From assembly GCA_963845755.1 (NCBI GenBank), contig CAWJTV010000026.1, positions 64,001-128,000 of the forward strand: a stretch of 64,000 nucleotides of DNA. The letters are read 5' to 3'. The position numbers and the translations under genes are program-made. This DNA comes from an uncultured Planctomycetota bacterium (GTDB lineage: Bacteria; Planctomycetota; Planctomycetia; Isosphaerales; Isosphaeraceae). The notes under the pieces were generated by a model. It saw nothing but the letters and a program-made list of their open reading frames with translations, was not told the origin of the DNA and made no database searches. Shown here in pieces: positions 40,634-50,216 of the stretch (its first letter is position 1; each line of letters begins with the position of its first letter).

Positions 40634-41437
40634 ATGACCGCGCGAGATTCGGGCAAATCAATGGCGGGAATCAAGAGACAAGGTTTTCGCCTCATTATCG
40701 TGGGCTCGATCGTTGCGGCGTCGCTGTCGACGCTGGCAAGACCAGCAGCAGCACAACCACCGGGTGTCACGATCGATCAGCCAAGTCCTCCGACGCCGAT
40801 CATGTTGGAATACTTCGTTGATTCTGACAAGCCACGGACGGTAACGATCCCGGCGAACAGCAGCGCATTAGCGGCTGCCACGATAATTGAGATGGATTAC
40901 AACAAAGCCTTCGGACATGGCGCGGTGCTAACGGACGACACCGTGACGTTCCCCGGTCGGGTCGGTATTTCAGTGGATAATCCTACGCCCGGAGCAGCCT
41001 GGTCGCCCGATTACCTGACAATATCAACTGAAGATGTTACCCCTGCCCTAAAGGGGACGGCCAGTTTTGGACCTGAGGATGGCGACTCGCTAACATCCCC
41101 AGGCAGCTTCTCCTTCACTGGCCCCGCCGGTCTGAATGTGTCGTTCACTGCCGGGATCGGCACGACGGGCGCCGAACTGGCGAGCGAATTGGCGGCGCTG
41201 ATTAACGCGGCGGTTCCGTCTTACGCGGCGGTTGCAGACGGGTACCTAGTAAACTACACCATTCCTCAGGCCGGTACGATGGCGTTCTCACCCAGCGGCC
41301 AAGGGATCGTTTACGACCTGACCGCTGTGCCGGAGCCCTCCGCTCTGATCCTCTCGTGCACGGGCATCCTCGGTCTTTTTGTCTACGTGAGTTTTCTCAG
41401 TGCAAAGGGCCGCCTACGCATGTGGGACCGCACGTGA
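40634..41437 (+). CDS. PEP-CTERM sorting domain protein
   Basis: SD GGAGG, signal peptide, VPEPSALILSCTGILGLFVY...K.R; visibly lower GC than neighbours. Confidence 0.85.
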   Translation: MTARDSGKSMAGIKRQGFRLIIVGSIVAASLSTLARPAAAQPPGVTIDQPSPPTPIMLEYFVDSDKPRTVTIPANSSALAAATIIEMDYNKAFGHGAVLTDDTVTFPGRVGISVDNPTPGAAWSPDYLTISTEDVTPALKGTASFGPEDGDSLTSPGSFSFTGPAGLNVSFTAGIGTTGAELASELAALINAAVPSYAAVADGYLVNYTIPQAGTMAFSPSGQGIVYDLTAVPEPSALILSCTGILGLFVYVSFLSAKGRLRMWDRT

Positions 41438-41535
41438 ATTTACGCGCTCCATCGGCGCGGTTTCTGAATGTCGTGCCGCCACTGTCCTGCCGTAATGCGG
41501 TCTGCATTCCGTTGCGAACCCCGTGACGCCGGACG

Positions 41536-42019
41536 CTATGCTCCCGTGCGCAGCACAAGATCGGGCTGGGGCTCGCCGGAACTTGTTGTGATGGTCACCG
41601 TATACGGCAATTGGACGCCCGTACCTGAACCAACTTCCGCCCCGGTGATGGTGACAAAATAATAGTGGCTGCGGTCTCCAGTGACAGTCGGGAGCGCGAC
41701 GGTGCCCTTCCCAGAGTTAGACGCATAGACATCCGCATCGCCGTATCCGCCATAAGGCTCGTCGCTTAGAGCGGCGGAAAAATTTGCAGATGAATCGCTC
41801 GATCCCGCCTGAACCGACACGTTGATCGACGCACCCTGGCCAACCGTGAAACGATAGGTGTCGCCAAGGGGGTCTACCGACGAAACGCTTGTGGAATTGG
41901 AGTACGTCCCCGCTGCATCACCCGTCAAGCTGGTAACGTAAACGGTTAAAAGACGGCGATCCTCCAAACTCTCGCCGCAGGGTCGGAAGCGTATCCGATC
42001 ACGCTGCTTACCAGAGACT
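41536..42019 (-). pseudogene. Truncated LEPR-XLL surface protein interrupted by IS3
   Basis: VSGKQRDRIRFRPCGESLEDRRLLT leader, a pre-peptidase-C-terminal-like beta domain (DTYRFTV...HYYFVTI), ends at QPDLVL. Confidence 0.7.
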
Positions 42020-43281
42020 TGAGGTGGACCCCTAAAACTGGACCACTCGGGATGTTAAACTGATCAGAGATCACTGTTCCATCCCGAGGAGCATCATGAC
42101 AGGCACACGAACGCGACATCCGGCAGCCTTCCGGGCTCGGGTCGCTCTGGAGGCCGCCAAGCCGACCAAGACCCTGGCCGAGCTGTCCACGACCTTTCAC
42201 GTCCACTCGGTCCAGATCAGCCAGTGGAAGAAGCAACTCCTGGACGGGATCGAATCCCTCTTCCAGGACGGACGCCGCCGCGACCACGACGAGAGCCAGG
42301 CGATCCAGGCCGAGCTGTACGAGCAGATCGGCCGGCTCAAGATGGAGGTCGAGTGGTTGAAAAAAAAAGCTGCCCGCGGCGGCTGACCTCAAGCGGCCTC
42401 TGATCGATCCATCTCATAGTTATCTGAGCATCCGTAGACAATGCGAACTGCTGGGTCTCAACCGATCGAGCTACTATCTCCCACCGGCTGTCGAGTCGGA
42501 GGAGAACCTGCGCGTGATGCGGCTGATCGACGAGCAGTTCCTCAAAACCCCGTTCTACGGCAGCCGGCGGATGACGGCGATTTTGGAGCGTTCTGGGGAG
42601 ACGGTCAATCGCAAGCGGGTCCAGCGACTCATGGCTTTGATGGGCCTGGAGGCGCTCTTCCCCAGGCCACGGACCACCACCATCGCATCGGACGCGCGGG
42701 TCTACCCGTACTTGCTCCGCGATCGGGTGCTGACCCACGTCAACGAGGTCTGGAGTTCAGACATCACATATATTCCGATGCGTCATGGTTTCATGTACCT
42801 GACGGCGGTGATCGACTGGTTCAGCCGGTATGTGCTCTCGTGGCGGCTGTCGAATACCCTGGAGGGGCGATTCTGCCTGGAGGCCCTCGACGAGGCGTTG
42901 TCGCTGGGCCGGCCGGAGATCTTCAACACCGACCAGGGGTCCCAGTTCACGGCGCAGGAGTACACCAGCCGCCTGGAGGAGGCCGGGATCGCGGTGAGCC
43001 GGGACGGTCGGGGGCGGGCGTTGGACAACGTGTTCGTGGAGCGGCTGTGGAGGAGTGTAAAATACGAAGACATATACATCAAAGAGTATGAACGAGTTCC
43101 AGAGCTAGAGTCGGGCTTGAGGTCCTACTTCTGGTTCTACGATGAGGAGCGTCCCCATCAATCACTCGATTACCGGACCCCAGGCGAGGTCCATCGGGCC
43201 GGGTTAAACGGAGGGCTGAAGGGGGAAAAGCCTTAACAAATGCAGGTGGCCTGAGTGGTCCACCTTTTGGGGTCCACTATA
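42020..43281 (+). mobile_element. IS3-family element with 3-bp duplication ACT
   Basis: ACT|TGAGGTGGACCCCTAAAACTGGACCACT ... AGTGGTCCACCTTTTGGGGTCCACTATA|ACT. Confidence 0.92.
42096..43236 (+). CDS. IS3 transposase OrfA/OrfB joined by a slippery A-run at 42360-42368
   Basis: OrfA HTH (FRARVALEA...QISQWKKQL, LYEQIGRLKMEVEWLKKK); OrfB WSSDITY, NTDQGSQF, DNVFVERLWRSVKYE. Confidence 0.92.
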
Positions 43282-43526
43282 ACTCTCGAAGGTCATCTCC
43301 TCTTCGGCGGTCAAGCGGATCTTGCCGTCAACCGCATTGAGCACCCAAAGGAAGAACCCGAAGTGGCGACAAGAGAGAGCCTTCCAGAGTAACCACGCCA
43401 TGAGCATTCGGGCTCGCCGCTCGCCGGCGTCTTCACTCCCGCCGTCGAGCCAGGCCCGGAGTCTGTGAGCGAGCATGGTCGGCGATGGGCGATCCGTCGG
43501 CTTCATGACGATCCCCCGGTATTGAG

Positions 43527-44312
43527 TTGAGCGATCTGTTGCTGATGAGCCAGGTTGATTTGCAGGGCAGGAACGGCGAGCCGGCGCACTATGGCGTGGG
43601 AATCGCCCTGCACGGCTATGGGATCATCCCCGACCGCCGCAGGGCGAAGCTCGCCCTCGCCGACGAAGCGGGGCGTGAGTTCATCGTGGAGGCCCACGCC
43701 CTCGCGCCGAACGCGAAAATCACGTGGGTGCCCGTCTTCAAAGAACCGCCGTTGTTCCGCCAGAGGGCCGGTGAGTCTTGCTGGTACACTTACCTGCCGG
43801 AGGCACGCACCGTGTATTGTGCCTTCCGCGGATACAATGGCCTGGGCAAGCACTCGGCCGGCCTGTTCAAGCTGGTCGGCGAGCAACACCCCATCAAGTT
43901 AGTCATCGACATGCGCGAAAATGGGGGCGGCGATTACACGGTGGGCCTGCGCCATTTGGTCCATCCCGTTCGCGAACTGCCCGACATCAACCGCAAAGGC
44001 CATTTGTATATCCTGATTGGTCCGCAGACGTTCTCGGCCGCCATGTCCAATGCCGCCCACTTCCGCACCCAGACGGCCGCTCTTCTGATTGGTCAACCGA
44101 TCGGCGAAAAGCCCAATAGCTACCAGGAGAGCCGACGGACCAAGCTGCCCAACTCGCAATGGAATCTCTGCTATTCGGTCCGCTATTACAAATTTGTCGA
44201 GGGCGGCGAGAACCTCATTCGGCCCGATCGCGAGATCATCCCGTCGTGGGAAGAATACAAGGATGGCCGCGACCCCGTACTGGAATGGGTCTTGAAGCAG
44301 GAGGCCCAGTAG
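43527..44312 (+). pseudogene. C-terminal part of an S41-peptidase-like protein, N-terminus apparently lost
   Basis: LVIDMRENGGG, LIGPQTFSAA, IGQPIG, IRPD...GRDPVLEW; no convincing start or signal peptide; lies between IS3 and IS1634. Confidence 0.7.
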
Positions 44313-44465
44313 AGATTCGCTGGACGCGTTCATCGTAGGATGCCCGCTCCTCCTCCCGCGTCAATCTGGTCAGGTTCGCTCGCCTCGACTAAACTCAGGC
44401 ACGTGCACTAGCCCCGACTGAGATCATGCCCAGATCATCTCGCTATGCCGTGTGCGCAACTCTAG

Positions 44466-46516
44466 CCTATGTTTGGGGTGACGCAGCCGGGGCCGGCTGG
44501 TCCTGTGCGTAAAAAACCGCTATTTTTCCAGGCTTTTCGCTTGGGTTGTGGTCTCGCTGGCCCCAAAAGCGTAGTGACAACTCTACGCGGGAACTTCCAA
44601 TTGAATCCCGATCAATCACCTTGATTTCGCCAGAATCTGTCGTGATAATGATTGCGGTGCATCTCCGGACATCCCCTCGCCAGCGATGCCAGCAACCAGT
44701 CATGTATCCAAGAACCGTCAAAGTCCGCTCCCAGAACGGCACCGTCCACGAATACGTCCGCGTCGTCGAAGCTTACCGCGACGGCGGCAAGGTCAAGCAA
44801 CGTGTCGTCGCCGACCTCGGTCGCAAGGATCTCCTTGTCGCGCTGCTCCCCAAGCTCCGTCGGCTCCTCGACGGCGACGCCCCGTGCGACTCCGGCGATC
44901 CCGCCGACCCTCACGTGATCGATGCCTCTACCTGGGGGCCGATCCTCGTCGTTCGGGCCCTGTTCGACCAACTCGGCCTCTGGGCGATCCTCGACCAACA
45001 CCTCGGGCTCGCCAAGGGCGTCCCCTTCGCTGACCGCGCCTTCGTGCTCGTCGCCAACCGGCTGATCGCTCCGGCCAGTGAGCATGGCCTCGCCGGCTGG
45101 CTCGAGACCGATTTCGTCTGCGACCGCAAGGGTCGTCGCTTCGTCCCTCATTGGCACCACCGCCGACGGGTCCGCGTCCATCCCCGTCAGCTCGACGCCT
45201 GGTATCGCACCCTCGACCAGCTCCACGCGGCCAAAGATCGCATCGAAGTGGCCCTGTACCATCGCCTCCGCGATCTCTTCAGCTTCAAGCCCGAGTTGGT
45301 CCTCTACGATATGACCAGCACCGATTTCGAGGGCGCCGGCCCGCACGACTTCGCCCGGCACGGCTACAGCCGCGATGGCAAGCCGCAGAACGTCCAGGTG
45401 GTCGTCGGCGTGGTGATGGTCGCGGGCTGGCCGATCGCTCATCATGTCTGGGCGGGCAACCGCATCGACCATTCCACGGTCCAAGACGTCATTCGCGACT
45501 TGCGCCAGCGGTTCGCCTTCGGCCGGCTCGTCTTCGTCGGCGATCGGGGTATGGTCACCGATGAGAACATCGAGGCGATTACGAAAGATGAGCATGGGTT
45601 CCTGGTCGGGGTCAAGCGGCGGCGCAACGCCCAGCTCGACGGTTGGCTCGACGCCGTTGACGACACCCAGTGGGTCCGTTGCCCCGGGGGCATCAATACC
45701 CAGGAACGGAAGACCAACCCCCGGCGCACCCGTGCCCAGGAAGTCGCCTCCGGAGATCCCGACCTGCGCGTCATCGTCATCGACTCGGACGAGCGCCGCG
45801 GCTACGAGCAGGCCAAGCGGGAACAGGCGATGGAGCGAGCCCGCCAGCGCCTGGAGAAGCTCAAGGGGCGCGTCGCCGCGGGGGACTTGAAGCGGCCCGA
45901 GAAGATCGGGGCGGCCGTCGAGCGGATTATGCAGAAATATCACGGTTATCGCTACTTCGATTGGAAACTCAAGGATGGGACGCTGGAGATCACCGAGAGC
46001 GAGGCGCGGCTGGGGCGTGAGAAGAAGATCGAGGGAAAATATGTGATCATGACAAGTGAGAAAGGGCTGAGCGTGCTGGACGCGGTGGCGATGTACAAGG
46101 AATTGACCGAGGTCGAGAGCGGGTTCCGCCAACTCAAGGATGTGCTGGCGCTGCGGCCGATCTATCACCAGATCGAGATGCGAGTCAAGGCTCATATTTT
46201 TGTAGCGGCGTTGGCGTTGTTGGTTCAACGCCTGCTGGGCCGCCGGCTCAACGAGGCGGGGGTGGATCTGTCGCCGGCGCGGGCCATGCAAGCATTGGCG
46301 ACCGTGAGGCTGGTGACGTTCCGTCTGGAAGGCCAACCGGAGCGGCGTGGGCTGGCCGGCGGCTGTCCCGATGCCCGGATGGTGCTGAAGGCGCTGAAGC
46401 TGGTCGACCAACGCCCTCCGGCGCCGCCGGAGGGGGAGAATACGGCCATGTAGTGACTAATGGAAAATCCGACCCTTGCGCCGCAAGGACTTACGATGCG
46501 CCACCCCAAACATGGG
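44466..46516 (+). mobile_element. IS1634-family element flanked by CTAG
   Basis: CTAG|CCTATGTTTGGGGTGACGCA ... TGCGCCACCCCAAACATGGG|CTAG. Confidence 0.9.
44702..46453 (+). CDS. IS1634 family transposase
   Basis: YVRVVEAYRDGGKVKQRVVADLGR, LYDMTSTDFEG, GYSRDGK, VGDRGM, YKELTEVESGFRQLK..L..RPIYH...RVKAH. Confidence 0.93.
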   Translation: MYPRTVKVRSQNGTVHEYVRVVEAYRDGGKVKQRVVADLGRKDLLVALLPKLRRLLDGDAPCDSGDPADPHVIDASTWGPILVVRALFDQLGLWAILDQHLGLAKGVPFADRAFVLVANRLIAPASEHGLAGWLETDFVCDRKGRRFVPHWHHRRRVRVHPRQLDAWYRTLDQLHAAKDRIEVALYHRLRDLFSFKPELVLYDMTSTDFEGAGPHDFARHGYSRDGKPQNVQVVVGVVMVAGWPIAHHVWAGNRIDHSTVQDVIRDLRQRFAFGRLVFVGDRGMVTDENIEAITKDEHGFLVGVKRRRNAQLDGWLDAVDDTQWVRCPGGINTQERKTNPRRTRAQEVASGDPDLRVIVIDSDERRGYEQAKREQAMERARQRLEKLKGRVAAGDLKRPEKIGAAVERIMQKYHGYRYFDWKLKDGTLEITESEARLGREKKIEGKYVIMTSEKGLSVLDAVAMYKELTEVESGFRQLKDVLALRPIYHQIEMRVKAHIFVAALALLVQRLLGRRLNEAGVDLSPARAMQALATVRLVTFRLEGQPERRGLAGGCPDARMVLKALKLVDQRPPAPPEGENTAM

Positions 46517-46812
46517 CTAGAGCGCATATCAGTTGCGTTGCGCACGCGATCGCTGCTGGGGAACTTCTCTGGCGGCCCGAAGGGTCGCGGGAACCCAGCC
46601 CGGGGTGGAACCCCGGGAACCGGTCCCACCGCGCCCCCCTCTTGCACCCTGGAGGGGTGCCGGAGGGCTCTCCTGCGGCCCTTCAGGCCGCCGGAGTTGC
46701 GAGTTGGCCGCACGGCCCCCGGGTTCCACCCGGGGCTGGGCTCCTGGCGGCCCTTCAAGCCGCCAGAAATCGTCTCTCCTCGTGTGCGCAACCCATCTGT
46801 GAAGCGCTCTAG
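46517..46812. mobile_element. MITE with CTAGAGCG...CGCTCTAG ends carrying an inverted REP-like doublet
   Basis: CTAGAGCGC...GTTGCGCACGCGA and TCGTGTGCGCAAC...GCGCTCTAG; internal CCAGCCCGGGGTGGAACCCCGGG and an inverted copy. Confidence 0.8.
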
Positions 46813-46842
46813 GCGGAGCCCTGTTGACGCGGAGGTCCGGCG

Positions 46843-47163
46843 ATGGCCGAAAGCCGCTTGCAAAGACGGCTGGAGCGGTTGCCCCTGCGGGCTCAGTTGG
46901 CATTCGCGGCCCGTTGTGCCCGTCGCGTGCAGCCGCCGTCCACGAGGTTCTCGGACGGTCTCGGAAATCACGAGGCCCTCGAGCGGGCTATCCAGGTCGC
47001 CGAGCAGTTTGCCCGGGGGGATCGGGTGACGCAGGTCGAGGCCGCCTCCGCTTACGAGGGCGCCCGAGCCGCCGCCAGGTCAGCCTGGAACGCCGGCGAT
47101 CCTCCGTGCCCGAGACGCCGCCGCCTATGCGGCCCAGGCCGCCGGCCACGCCACCCGGGTTAA
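46843..47163 (+). pseudogene. Degraded fragment of a helical planctomycete domain
   Basis: SD GGAGG; LERLPLRAQLAFAARCARRVQP...ALERAIQVAEQFARG, then loss of frame. Confidence 0.5.
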
Positions 47164-47899
47164 TTAGTTTTTGACGTTACGGCGCCGCCGCCAGGCCAGG
47201 GCCGCCAAGCCGAATGCGCCGATGGCGAGCAGTGACAGGCTCGTGGGCTCGGGTACTGACGACAGAACCGTCAGGCCCTGAATCGAGGCGTCGCTGATCG
47301 AGACCCCGCCCGTGCTGGTCAAACGAAACTCGGTCAACGTCTCACCCATGAACGACGACGGGAGCACGATCTGCTGCTTGTCCAACCGGCTCTCTTGCCC
47401 AGGACCACCCCCTGAGCTGTAGACGTTGACCGTGGTCGTACCGTTGATGGTGTTTGTCCAGCCCCCGTAGAAATGATCGCGGACATCAACGTCGCCGATC
47501 AGGTCCTTCCGGTAGTAGGCCCCACCCGTGCCGAAGAACTCCAATTCCACGTACGACGTGGGACCAGGCTGGCCGTAGAACGTGTTGATCAGGGTATCGA
47601 CTTCCTGGGCATTCGCGATGTTCAAGGCAACGTCTAGCACGTGGGGGTAAGCCCCGGGGACGAACTCCGCGTTCCACGCGTTGTTGCCGCCAACCTTCTG
47701 GATGTTGAACGGCACCCCGCCCAGCGTCACCAGGCCCTCCGGGTAGCCCGCGGAACTTGGCTGGTAGTTCTGAATTCGGGCGTTGGCGTAGGGCGAAAGG
47801 TCCACCAGGACATAACCGGCCGACACCGGGCGGCCGGCGGCACAAGAACATGGCGAGAGTGGTCGCGGCAGTGAAGGCGAAGCTCGGTGCGAGTCTCAT
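47164..47899 (-). CDS. PEP-CTERM sorting domain protein (apparent frameshift in the signal peptide)
   Basis: SD GGAGG, MRLAPSFAFTAATTLAMFL, end VPEPTSLSLLAIGAFGLAALAWRRRR. Confidence 0.88.
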
Positions 47900-48076
47900 G
47901 GGTAATGACCTCCTAAAAGAGACCGGTAAGGACGGGCGATGTACGTTCGGACGACGATCGGGGCGCGACGCTCGGCGTGATGTCGCGCGGTATGGGCTGT
48001 GAGACCGGGCCCAACGGACCGACCCACCGTGAGGAAATCCGGCGCCAGCGGCTGAAATCGGACACAATCCCGCGGG

Positions 48077-48526
48077 CTAGAAGTCGGGGCGGGGCCCGAC
48101 CGCGAGCACGTCAGGCGTCATCAAAGCCCAGGTCTCACCCGACCGGCGCAGACGGACCTTGCGGCGAGGCGGTACCGGTATGGGCTCGCCCCCGCCTGGC
48201 GGGGCGAAAAGGGCGTCGAACGAGACGATCACATCGTCGCCCGACCGTTCGGAGCCGGTGACCAGGATCGCGCGGGGAGAACTGTCCAATCGGCGCCGCC
48301 TGGCGTGAAAGTCGGTGAACCGTTTGAGTGGTAACGCGGCCTTGACCTCGGGGTGGAGACGGGCGTACGCCGTGCGCCAATCGCCGCGAAGGAGGGCGGT
48401 TGCGTGTGATTCCAGGAACTCGACCGCCTTCGGTTCTCCCGGTTCAGCGGCCGGTTCTCCCGGTCCCGAGCAACCCGGTGGGGCGATCAGCAAAAGTAAC
48501 GGGACGAGGAGTCGCATGCGGGACAC
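48077..48526 (-). CDS. Putative lipoprotein, NTF2-like fold
   Basis: MRLLVPLLLLIAPPGC; ALLRGDWRTAYARLHP; VRLRRSGETW. Confidence 0.7.
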   Translation of the reverse strand: MSRMRLLVPLLLLIAPPGCSGPGEPAAEPGEPKAVEFLESHATALLRGDWRTAYARLHPEVKAALPLKRFTDFHARRRRLDSSPRAILVTGSERSGDDVIVSFDALFAPPGGGEPIPVPPRRKVRLRRSGETWALMTPDVLAVGPRPDF

Positions 48527-48841
48527 AGGTCACCTCGTTCAGGGCCAGGCCTGATGTGCGGGATCCGTGAGAAGGGGCTGGACCCTCGCGGGTGGGGGGA
48601 CACCCGCGAGGATCACCGGCGCGGGGAATTCAACGCTCGGTTAACACTACAACGCTAGCGATCAATCGAGGCCGAACTGACCCCCGTATCCGCACCCCTG
48701 AAAAAACAAGACTCGGCTGGGCATAAAGCGTTTAGTTCTTATAAATGGATATCATAAATTCATTCGAATTCGCCGTGTTTCAGTCGGACGTGTTCGACGA
48801 GAACCCCTATTTTTTCTAGGGTTCAATGTGGTCCTACTTTT

Positions 48842-48949
48842 GACACTCCTCGCCGAACACCACCACGGGAAGAAGGCGGCCCACTCTCGTTCCCACGCTC
48901 CGCGTGGGAACGAGGAGGCAACCGGCGGTGGTGTTGAGCGAGGAGTGTC
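48842..48949. mobile_element. Short MITE (GACACT ends) carrying a 13-bp-arm palindrome
   Basis: CTACTTTT|GACACTCCTCGCCGAACACCACC ... GGTGGTGTTGAGCGAGGAGTGTC|CTACTTTC; internal CTCGTTCCCACGC-TCC-GCGTGGGAACGAG. Confidence 0.88.
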
Positions 48950-48973
48950 CTACTTTCCGATAGCGTTGTAGTG

Positions 48974-49972
48974 TTAATCAGTAGTCCGAAGCCGAGACGA
49001 CCTCGACACCAGCTCGGGTTCCCAGGGCCGCCAAGACGTGCGCAGGTCGGTGCTCTCCTTGACGAACCTCACCGAGCCGTCGCCGAACGCGAAATTCGCG
49101 CCGCCGGGATGGTACGAGCCGAAACCCATGTAGCTTTGCGGACCTTGGAGTGGAGGCTGGGCTGGCGGATTCATCCTGTCGGCGAATGGCAATGGTGCGG
49201 TGTAAGGACGATTGATCCCGGCGATCGAGACGCGCTGCACGGATGCCTCCCAGGCCACAAACCAGTTGCCGATTCCGATGTTCCCGGGGCCACGCCCGAA
49301 CTCGCCGAGAAGCAAGGTGTTGGACGTCCCGTCCTGAAGTTCGACGAGCTTGACCGCGTGGAATTCGACCATGGCTCCGTTGTCACTCGCCGTGGAGGGA
49401 CCGGCACCTCCCCACGTATTGCCGAGCGCGATCTTGGTGCCCGCGCTGGCGACGTAGTTGGAGTCGGGGACGATGACGCCGGTCCGACCCGCCCCGTAGT
49501 CGGTCACCCCCAGGACTCCCATGCGGTCGCTCGGACAGACGAAGACGTTGACGAGAGTCCCCGCCACCGTCGTGTTGACGGGGACCGCGGCGACGTCGCC
49601 GAACCCATACGGCGAATAGAGATACGTAAAGTTGACCGCGTTGTAGAGCGAACCCTGCTCGAGCTGGGCGAGCATCAAGGTTCGGAACGTGTACAGCGCC
49701 CCATAGCCGCATCCGATGCAAGTCGGGTCACCGAGATACCGCACCGAATTAACGGGGAAGCTCCCGAGCTGGTCCTGGTACGAGTGCAGGGCGAGGGCCA
49801 TCTGCTTGAGGTTGTTGGTGCATTGGATCCGCCGCGCCGCCTCGCGGGCCGCCTGTACGGCGGGCAGCAGTAGGGCGATCAAGACGGCGATGATCGCGAT
49901 GACGATCAGCAGCTCGATGAGCGTGAATCCCACGGCTCGTGAGCGCGCCCGATTTGGCAGAGTGTGCAACAT
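48974..49972 (-). CDS. DUF1559 prepilin-type N-methylation protein with H-X9-DG motif (apparent frameshift near the C-terminus)
   Basis: [69 protein letters not shown]. Confidence 0.92.
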   Translation of the reverse strand: MLHTLPNRARSRAVGFTLIELLIVIAIIAVLIALLLPAVQAAREAARRIQCTNNLKQMALALHSYQDQLGSFPVNSVRYLGDPTCIGCGYGALYTFRTLMLAQLEQGSLYNAVNFTYLYSPYGFGDVAAVPVNTTVAGTLVNVFVCPSDRMGVLGVTDYGAGRTGVIVPDSNYVASAGTKIALGNTWGGAGPSTASDNGAMVEFHAVKLVELQDGTSNTLLLGEFGRGPGNIGIGNWFVAWEASVQRVSIAGINRPYTAPLPFADRMNPPAQPPLQGPQSYMGFGSYHPGGANFAFGDGSVRFVKESTDLRTSWRPWEPELVSRSSRLRTTD

Positions 49973-50216
49973 CGCAGGGTTCTCCGGTCATGTCATGGAT
50001 CTCACTTCCATAGCATGATCCGGAACAATCGTCGGAAACCTGACAGCGAGTTTTTCTTCGCGGTCGATCGATGCGGCCGCGGCTCGCGACTGTCTCGTCG
50101 TCGCGGTCGCGACCGGCGCAACGAGGAACCGAGGCCGATCATGCCGGTTGCCGCCAGCTCGTGGCACCGGTCTGGCCATTGCGATTCGAACCGAGGCTTC
50201 GTCGCCCCATTGGAGG

